A stretch of DNA of 63,869 nucleotides, filler included, from Ministeria vibrans ATCC 50519 (lineage: Eukaryota > Protista > Filasterea): NCBI GenBank assembly GCA_943704425.1. It is 7 parts of 7 records of this genome, joined end to end, with 100 filler letters (N's around TTAATTAATTAA, not from the genome) between each part and the next. Parts side by side here need not be neighbours in the genome. Positions count along the whole stretch, not along the records: positions 55,768 to 60,391 come from CALSCP010000642.1; positions 60,492 to 62,390 come from CALSCP010001473.1; positions 62,491 to 63,869 come from CALSCP010001293.1; 4 more parts are not named here. One strand, given 5' to 3'. Both the position numbers and the translations under genes were made by a program. Below, in pieces: positions 55,910 through 63,869 of this stretch. The notes below the pieces were generated by a model, which saw only the letters and a list, made by a program, of their open reading frames with translations, had not been told where the DNA came from and made no database searches. Position 1 is the stretch's first letter, and each line of letters opens with the position of its first letter.

Positions 55910-57667
55910 GTGCGACTGCGGCTGAGCTGGTCTACTCAATGTCGCCACTGATGGTTCCGTCGATTGACGAGTGGCCTGAGCAGCCGGATGATGGTGAGCG
56001 CCAGCTGACCAAGCGTCTTGTGATGCCCTTCGTGCCGCGTGGACTGTTTGTGCGCCTCGTTGCAGAGATGCGCACCAACGAAGAGGTGCGTTCGGCGTTC
56101 ATCTACCAGGGTGACGCTGTCATGTTCTTTGTGAGTGGCGACGAACGACATCGTGTGCGTCTGCAAGAGTGCAGTGCTGACAGTGCCACGACCGCCCAGC
56201 TCGCAAACGGTGACGAGACAGGGCCTTCCGTCTCTGGTGGTCTGCTCTTTACTGTGCGCGGCAAACGTCCCATTCGTGTCATGACTTCTTTGACAGGCAA
56301 AGTCGCCGTGCTGGTCAAGGTATATATTAAAAATTGACTCAAAAGGCAATACCGAACGTCAATAATAATACTAATAAATAAAATCTTTTATTATTTTTTA
56401 TGTTTTGTCTCCTTGTGTAGAGTATTTTCAATGGACTCAAGTACACTGTGGACTCGCTCGACACCAAGAGCGTTCTTTTGGGAGACCCCACACCGAAACT
56501 GATGGAGAAGACTGGTGGATTTGGAGGTACGATTCGAATCTGCCCCCCCCTTTTTTTTTAGGCTTTTTTGCTGTAGTCTCACACACACTCGCTTTCACTT
56601 TTTTATGTAGGGGGAGGCACTGCGGCTGGTCAGGGCGTGGTTCCACCTGACGTGATTGTATTTATGCCTTTGGCGAAGGAGGAGACGCTGGTGCCGCGCC
56701 ACCCTGCGCCTCATGTGGTCGTGGTGGTGCCTGGCGAGCAATATGATCAGTGGGATGACCCCGCGACGTGGGCCAATCACAAGCCATGGCGGATGTTTAC
56801 CCTTTGTGCTCGCGAGGTACACAATAGAACGAACGAGAAAGACGCTGTACTGAGAGTTGTGTTCTCTTATAGGGATTGTGGCATGTGGTGATGAACGATG
56901 AAGGCTACGAAATTACGCTGTTGCATGAGCTGTTGCGCGATTGTGGTCTACACCTGACTGAGACACTATTGTTGCTCAGAAAGAACGTTCAGGTTCGGAA
57001 ATAATCGGCACGCCGCCACACACTGAGACTCATAGGCTCACACTGGATGTGTTGTAGGAAAATCTGAAGAGAGTAGGGAATGGGAGAGGGAGCAATGGAG
57101 CGGGACCACTGGTGGAGATGACACAGGAGCGTGTGTTGTCGTTCTATAACAGCGACGCGTCCATTGGGCGTCTGCGTGCGCTTGTGCGGCGACTCAAGAC
57201 ACCTGGCCATGGACTGGGCGGTGAGGTTGTGCCAGAGTTTGGAGGGGTCAAGCAACGACGTCTGCACAATTACTTGAAGGACAACGGCGATGGGGGCGAG
57301 TGGCACGGGCTCAAGACGAGCGACATGCCCGATCGCAGTGTTGCCTGGTTGTGCACCCAACACACCTACCAGCAGAATGTGGGTCATCGCAAGCGCAGTG
57401 TTGAGCCCACTCAGCTTGTTGTTTCTCCCAAACCAGACAGAAAAGGTCCGTTTGGGAAAACAATAGAGTGGAATTGAATTTTTTCTCTAAAATGTTGTTT
57501 ATGTGTGTGTTTGTGTTTCTTATCGTATCCGTGCAGTGCCCACTGTCGAAGTGACCGAACACGGTGGCGACGAGAGCTCTGGATCCATTCCTGTCATGAC
57601 ACGTCGCTCTGCCTCCCGAATGAGCCAGCGAAGTGCCGATGAGTACTGGCGACCGGGAGACGCGTAA
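55910..57667 (+). CDS. Roco-family protein, COR domain and C-terminal extension (5' truncated); multi-exon
   Basis: MPFVPRGLFVRLV COR-like motif; LC...WH...GYEI, LRALVRRL, WHGL..WLCTQH resemble Roco/TORNADO1-type C-termini. Confidence 0.55.
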
Positions 57668-57896
57668 GAAGGATGGAGGAAGGAAAAGTGTGTAGTCGGA
57701 AAGACACACACTCACACACAGCAACGCGTCTTTTACCCACCCACCCACATATATTATTTCTTTCTTGTTATGAATAAGATAAAAAGTAAAAAAAACAATA
57801 TTTTTTTATCTTTATTGCGATAGAATACAAAGACAGAAACGGAACGGAATGCATCGATAGAATTATTAATGTACAACACAATTGAGATATTTTGGG

Positions 57897-58295
57897 CTAT
57901 GTCGAGAAACGACTCATCTTCTTGGCTTCATCCGTCACGATTTGAACGCCACACATTGCACATACACCTGCCTTGTAGGCACAGGCTACACAGAGAGAGG
58001 CGGGTGCGATGAGATTGTCAAAAAGGGCTTTTGATCACTCACCCTGACAATAGGTAAAGCCAGGCTGCGACGTGATCTGCTTGCAGACTTTGCATTTGAT
58101 GAACTTGCCCTTGGCGTAAGGGTCAAAGCGTTTCTTCGACGAGAGAAGCTTGTTGGCGCCCAGTTTGGACGATGCGGAGGGGGGCAGTTTGGACGACGAT
58201 GCAGATGCCGCCGCAGCAGCCGTGCTGCGTGTTTTCCACGGATCCGGTGCTGACACCACCTTGCCAATCTTCTTCTCGCACTTTTTGCACACCAT
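57897..58295 (-). CDS. CRIPT: Cysteine-rich PDZ-binding protein; 2 coding exons
   Basis: MVCKKCEKK..PDPWK..NKLL..FDPY..CKVCK..YCQ.CAYKAGMCAMCG. Confidence 0.95.
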
Positions 58296-58478
58296 CCAGC
58301 CACTAGAGAGAGAGAAAGCGAAGGGTGAAGGAAAGAAAGAAATTGATCTTTAGTTTCAAAAATCAAATCATTGTTTTTCATTCACAAGTCACCACCGTGA
58401 CACGTTTAGTGTCTTTGTGGTTTGTCTTTTGTGTATTTTTCTTTTTCTTACAGTTTCCTGCCCCGCGACGGCGACGGC

Positions 58479-60268
58479 ATGCGTAAGAAGAGCATTAGAG
58501 CAAAGGAAGTCCGTTGCTGCGGCAACGCGAGACAATTTCAGAAAAACTTACCCCTCCCTCTCTCTCTCTCGCTCTTGTAGCTGACGATTCAGCCGAAAAT
58601 GCACCTCTAATGAACGATTATACGTGGGCGTTTGTGAAGCACAGACTACCCTCAACGTTTCTGGGTGGATTCAAATTTCCCGATCGTCAGATTAGTCACG
58701 TCCCCATCGGCGTCTACCTGCTGCAAACCGTGCTCTTTCTGATGCCAATGATTGTAGCAGCCATTCTGACAGGTATTTTATTGGACACCAATTTGCAATT
58801 GCAGGACACACTCACTCACATTTGTCTTGATGAATTGTGACACATATTATAATAGCACTGTCAATGAATGTCACGTCGCTCTCGCGCGTCACGGCTGCCT
58901 ACATTTGTGCTGCGATTGTCACATTCTGCGTGCTCTTATTACGCCTTGTCAGAATCCTTGCTGTCCGCAAACAGAAGCGTGAGATTGCTCCCTCGTCAGC
59001 GATGGAGCGTGGAAAGACGCTGGCTAGCGAGGACGAGCTCACCTTTGGCACAGTTTTCCACCGTGATGCTGTCACGTATCTGTTGCCCGCACGGCAATTC
59101 ACCATCACTGCGCTTCTCACAGTTGTGCTTACGTTTCCTCTTACGGCGGGTGCTTTTCTCTACCTGCAGCCGGCGTGGGTGCGCGCCTTCTATGGTTCGA
59201 ATGGCAACGCCGTCGCCTGGACCCTGTGGACATTTGGATGGTTCGCTGTCGCTTGTGCACAGTACACACTCTCAGTGGCACCCGCGCCCGAACCCAACGA
59301 GTACCGCCAGGACGACCGCTTTGAGCTGCGCGCGTACATGCGTGCCCTCTACGCCGGTGCCTTTGTCGCCTTCAGTCTTGCCAGCGAGTCTTATCCGTCT
59401 CTTGAGCTCGCCAACAACGTTCTGCGCGTTGTCTTTTGCTGCCTTCCCGCTTTGTGGCTTGCCGGTGTACTTCCTCCACTTGACGTACTCCCATTCTATC
59501 TTGTCGAGCAGTGTCATATTCTTTTGTTAGGCGGTACTCCTCACGAGAACGATCTTTTAACGGGTCTCAGCTTTGCGTTCACTCTCATGAGCGTCACCAT
59601 TGCGTGGTTCATCCCAAACAATCTGGCAAGCGTCACGCTTGCGTCGGCACTCGCCTTTGTCGCAAGCAACGACTGTGCACGCTTTGCCCTCTACTTGTTT
59701 CACCTTGTCGACCACCGCTCCGTCGCTTACAGTATCACGCCCCGTACCCCTTCCTACCGCAATGGCGCCCGTGCCGTCAGCAACCCTGTTTCACGCAAGC
59801 GCGCCATTCGCTTTGTCACGGCCGTCTGTCTCTGCGCACTCCTTACTGGCCTTCTCTGGCACACCGCAGCGTCCACCAGCATTGCCACTCAGGCCCGCAT
59901 TGCCAACTCCCGCATTCCGTGTTTTGCCACTCTCACTGCCCTCTCTGCACTCCTCTACCTCACCAGTGCTCTCCAGCGCCCTCTTCTGCCCCTCTCCTTT
60001 CTCCGCAATCCTCTTTTTACGCACAATCTCCACCACTATCCCCCACGCCCACTCTCCTTCTGCCATCGTCTTCCCCTCTTCCTCCACCGCTGGTCCCTTC
60101 GCACCGCACCCCTCCTCCTCACCGCCTTTATCTCCCTCCACGCCCGCTCCACCACCATCTCCCCGTACCCGTACTTGGTTGCTTTTTTCCGGGCTATTCG
60201 TTGGTCCTGGCAGGCCCCACGTCGCGCGCTCTTTGAAGTTGCCATCAACTTCATTGTCGTCCAATCGG
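58479..60268 (+). CDS. PCNX4: Pecanex-like 4 homolog, N-terminal multi-TM part (3' truncated)
   Basis: PLMNDY..FVKHRLPSTFLGG..VYLLQTVLFLMP, EDELTF..VTYLLP and LWLAGVLPPLD..EQ..LLGG match recalled PCNX4 N-terminal motifs. Confidence 0.82.
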
Positions 60269-60288
60269 TAATAATACAATATTAATTA

Positions 60289-60391
<103 letters not shown>

Positions 60392-60491
60392 NNNNNNNNN
60401 NNNNNNNNNNNNNNNNNNNNNNNNNNNNNNNNNNNTTAATTAATTAANNNNNNNNNNNNNNNNNNNNNNNNNNNNNNNNNNNNNNNNNNNN
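60392..60491. other. Artificial contig-joining spacer
   Basis: 100-nt N/TTAATTAATTAA/N. Confidence 0.97.
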
Positions 60492-60493
60492 TG

Positions 60494-60673
60494 GTTGACC
60501 TGAGCAATTCTGCACCGACAGCACGAGCGGAGCTGGCGGTGCATGCGGGACAGATCACTTTTGAGCACGTCAAGGCCCATGTAGGGAAGGCAGGAGACGG
60601 GCGCGAACCGGACTGGCGGGAGAGGTCGAACGCAGTCGCAGACGAGCTGGCCAACGAGGGGTGTCAATTGAAG
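60494..60673 (+). pseudogene. RNase H C-terminal fragment, probably retroelement-derived (not in ORF track)
   Basis: Manual translation: ..GQITFEHVKAHVGKAGDGREPDWRERSNAVADELANEGCQLK, matching the RNase HI motifs VKAH and N..AD.LA..G; runs directly into a T14 tract. Confidence 0.75.
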
Positions 60674-60938
60674 TTTTTTTTTTTTTTGAAAACCTAGGAT
60701 GAAAGCTTCATTGTACAAGACAATCTAGCCCTCCGAAGCGGCTGCTCCATCCCCGCATGGGCCGAACGGTAATCAGAACGAGACTTGCATGCGCTCAAAA
60801 AGGTGCACCCAGGCAAGCACACCTCCGAGCCCAGGCTAATGCAAAGCTGCGAACGCCTCGTCGTGAAGTTTATAGAGATTCCCTCTGGGTGAAGTTTATA
60901 GAGATTCCAACTCAACCAAACCTCTAGAGCCTAGAGGT
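60674..60938 (-). mobile_element. SINE-like or 5'-truncated LINE-like element with structured 3' end and A14 tail
   Basis: T14 at 60674-60687 on +; ~75 bp homologous to 53140-53215; 20-bp direct repeat at 60863/60889; 8-bp hairpin 60920-60938. Confidence 0.6.
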
Positions 60939-61497
60939 AACATATTGGGAGAACAGAGAAGTAATAATTAATATGTACATAAATATTTATTCTCCGTTTT
61001 GCAGAGCTTATATTTTTACCCTATAATCATAGTAATAATACTGTCAGTCGTGCACTTCGTGTAAGTTGACTTTGTTCTCTCGATCTGTTTGCTTTCCCAC
61101 TAATTATTGGATATACGTATTACAATAATAATTATAATAATTATTAGAGAAGAATACAACCCATTTATTAATGATACAGTCAATACATAATTATTAGTAT
61201 TTTTACTGTTTGTTTATTATCACGACGACACACGTCTCGCGATCGCCCAACGCCAGTGACAAACGAGTGAGTGGTAGATCACACAGTGGCGGGCCATGGG
61301 TGCTTACTCATTGTACGCATATTTGCATACTCATTGATCGCACGTACAAAGACGGGTACGTCTGTCGAAAAGATTAATAATTGACTTTTTAGTTATAGGT
61401 TTCAACCTTGAGTTCGACTCATCAGTGTCAGAACTCAAAATTGAAAATAATTAGTTTTTATCATCTTCGTCGACCTCAAGCTTTAACGTTGTAGTCA

Positions 61498-62272
61498 ATG
61501 GAGAACTACAGGGAAACTCGTTGTATCGGACGCGGCTCCTATGGTCAGGTGTTTCTCTATGAGAACATTTTGAATTCGAAACAAGTATAAAATATTTTAA
61601 AGCGCGTCCACAAGTATTAATGCCCCTCCGATGCTTAGTATGTTATTAAAAAGGTTGTTCTGAACGACTCTACCCCCGAACGCGAGCGAAAAGCGGCTCT
61701 TCAAGAGGTACGTTTAAGCGAATCTTCGCGACACCTTTTTCTTTCCTCCCTTCTCCTTATGATAAACGCTGGACCGCGTAACGAACCCATTTCGATACCG
61801 AACGTATGTAACTTATAACATCGACGCTCAATCAAGAGCCATGCGCATCTAAATCTTCAGCTTGAGTTCAGACAATTGTTTCGACAAAGTTCAAAATGAC
61901 CTCTGTCGCCCCGACAACCAAAAAAATACTCTAAACAGACACATTAAATTGAAGTCGTGGCGTTGCCGACCCTGGCTCTCATATAATAATTATATATATT
62001 ATATTTATATTGACGACCTACTGCACATGTAGTCCTCCCTGCTGCGGACGTTGGAGCACCCCAATATTGTGCGTCATAAGGAGACATTTTTCGACACAAC
62101 GGGTCGACTGTGCATCGTCATGGCATTTTGCTCTGGCGGAGACCTGTACACGTATCTCGAGCAACGGCACGGTGTTTTCATTGAAGAGCGTCTCATCATG
62201 GAGTGGTTTGTTCAAATTGCGCTTGCAATGCAGTATGTTCACTCCCAACACATCTTGCACCGAGACATCAAG
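61498..62272 (+). CDS. NIMA-related kinase (NEK1/4-like), N-terminal exons, 3' truncated
   Basis: MENYRETRCIGRGSYGQV, YVIKKV, ERKAALQE, LEHPNIV, CIVMAFCSGGDL, IMEWFVQIALAMQYVH..LHRDIK. Confidence 0.9.
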
Positions 62273-62314
62273 GTGCAGTTCGAATTCATAATAATAATAA
62301 TAATAATAATAATA

Positions 62315-62388
<74 letters not shown>

Positions 62389-62390
62389 TT

Positions 62391-62490
62391 NNNNNNNNNN
62401 NNNNNNNNNNNNNNNNNNNNNNNNNNNNNNNNNNTTAATTAATTAANNNNNNNNNNNNNNNNNNNNNNNNNNNNNNNNNNNNNNNNNNNN
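62391..62490. other. Artificial contig-joining spacer
   Basis: 100-nt N/TTAATTAATTAA/N. Confidence 0.97.
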
Positions 62491-62596
<106 letters not shown>

Positions 62597-62755
62597 TTTG
62601 TTCTTTGTCTGTGTTCTTTCTGTTTTTGTTTTATAAGAGCTCTCTTTTACTTATTTTTTGATTTTCTCTCACTTTGTGTCCCTTTGGGTTTGCGCATGAT
62701 CCTCCCTCTCTCTCTCTACACACACACAAGTGATTGACATTTTGGCTTTCTATAG

Positions 62756-63266
62756 CGAACCAGTCCTTTTTTTTCAAAGACACTTCTCTTGATTTTGCGC
62801 TCTCTCTTCACAAAATCACGTCGCTTGAAAAGGTAAAGAATCCAAATTAGAACGGAGAGAGACTGATACTGAGTTGAGTAGCGCAAACCTATGACATTCC
62901 TTCCGGGAAACGGACTGTCTCTCTCAATCCAAACAGAAACCACAGTAACACATTCGTCACATATCATATTCATCAGAAATACGGCAACTCAGATGAATCT
63001 TTTGTTCTTAGACACATTTGATTGGACTGTTCCATCGCGATCAGACATACAGTGCAATTATGAGCCAAGCAGAGTCCATCAGCGCACCCCTCGCACAAGC
63101 ACCCACCCACGCAAACGCACACACACCCACTCAAGCCAGTACGGAGGAGAGTGACGCACTGACTGTTCCCGTTCGTCTCATGGGTTCGGACGTGCCTCCC
63201 ACTTTGTCTTCTCGTGCCTCCAGCGACGGCAACCTTAGCAATGACGAGTCATTCGCTTCCATTTAA
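62756..63266 (+). CDS. 3' exons of an unidentified gene
   Basis: Putative exons 62756-62831 and ~63012-63266 with AG/GT borders; ends SFASI-stop. Confidence 0.35.
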
Positions 63267-63332
63267 AATGTCCCTCTTTCTCTTATATTAGTATACAACC
63301 TTTATAATTATTATTATTATTAATAATAATAT

Positions 63333-63733
63333 TCATGTTCCAAAAGTGGGTATTCGTGATTTGATGAGTGTGCGGGCTGACGCTCCGCCGTTCTGTTCCA
63401 GAGTGTGGAGGACTGTTGTAACCTGCTCGCGCCACTTACTATTGATGGCTCGCTTGGAGAGTGGTGGGAGTAGTGTTTTGAGTGAGTCGTTAAGCGCCTC
63501 GCCAGAGACCCTAAGAGGACGGGTGAGAGAGTGAAAAGAAAGGGAAGAGGAAAAATAATGGTTATTATCTTAGACGTGACGTACTCGCTGAGCTGTCCCA
63601 GAGCATTGAGACCCGCGACAAACACTGCGTCGTTGGTGGATGAGAGTGCAGCCCGAATGCCTGCACACACACGCCGGATCAACGGGAGTGTCTTGGCTCG
63701 CGCAGATGGTGCAGAAAGCAAGTCTTCAAAGCC
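63333..63733 (-). CDS. PACRGL: PACRG-like protein, last two exons
   Basis: KTLPLI..IRAAL..VFVAGLNALGQLS / ALNDSLKTLL..LSKR..LEQNGG..IKSRIPT matches the recalled PACRGL C-terminus. Confidence 0.85.
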
Positions 63734-63759
63734 TGTGTTGTGCAGAAGAACGAACGAAC

Positions 63760-63869
63760 GAGAGAGAGAGAGAGTTCAAGAGAGAGAGAGAGAGTTCAAG
63801 AGAGAGAGAGAGAGTTCAAGAGAGAGAGAGAGAGTTCAAGAGAGAGAGAGAGAGTTCAAGAGAGAGAGA
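63760..63869. repeat. 20-bp-period minisatellite (AGAGAGAGAGAGAGTTCAAG)n in intron
   Basis: Directly visible, five units. Confidence 0.9.

Noticed and set aside
60863-60908. 20-bp direct repeat as a CRISPR-like array
   Set aside because: Only two copies with a 6-bp spacer in eukaryotic DNA; a simple tandem duplication

Overview
Eukaryotic, intron-rich, gene-dense protist DNA in the standard genetic code with canonical GT-AG introns. It is not one locus. Six 100-nt artificial spacers (N-run/TTAATTAATTAA/N-run) join seven contigs, so adjacency across spacers is meaningless. About 25 protein genes can be reconstructed by eye: GH13 amylase, Kelch protein, caspase-like/ankyrin protein, DPP4, a Pkc1/PKN-type kinase, PSMD9, two NEKs, two PLP aminotransferases, EBAG9, TAF1B-like, an LRR receptor kinase, GH43-like, SF1, alpha-SNAP, SAC1, a Roco/COR fragment, CRIPT, PCNX4 and PACRGL. 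This content suggests a flagellated lineage, possibly related to Amorphea (inference). The most interesting items are five. (1) A ~9-kb intronless giant type I membrane protein built from an unrecognised Cys-rich module (duplicated anciently and again very recently), plus Sushi, EGF and ZU5-like domains and an NPxF tail; the differences between its recent copies are almost all CpG transitions. (2) A poly(A)-tailed repeat family with a covarying three-way-junction 3' RNA structure, inserted antisense into a copy of itself (with a TSD) and beside an RNase H fragment. (3) A TPR-fused Pkc1/PKN kinase. (4) A His-less caspase-like/ankyrin protein. (5) A dispersed AAACAAAGTGATAG unit embedded in GA microsatellites. 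Coordinates of multi-exon genes are outer bounds read manually; no database searches were run.
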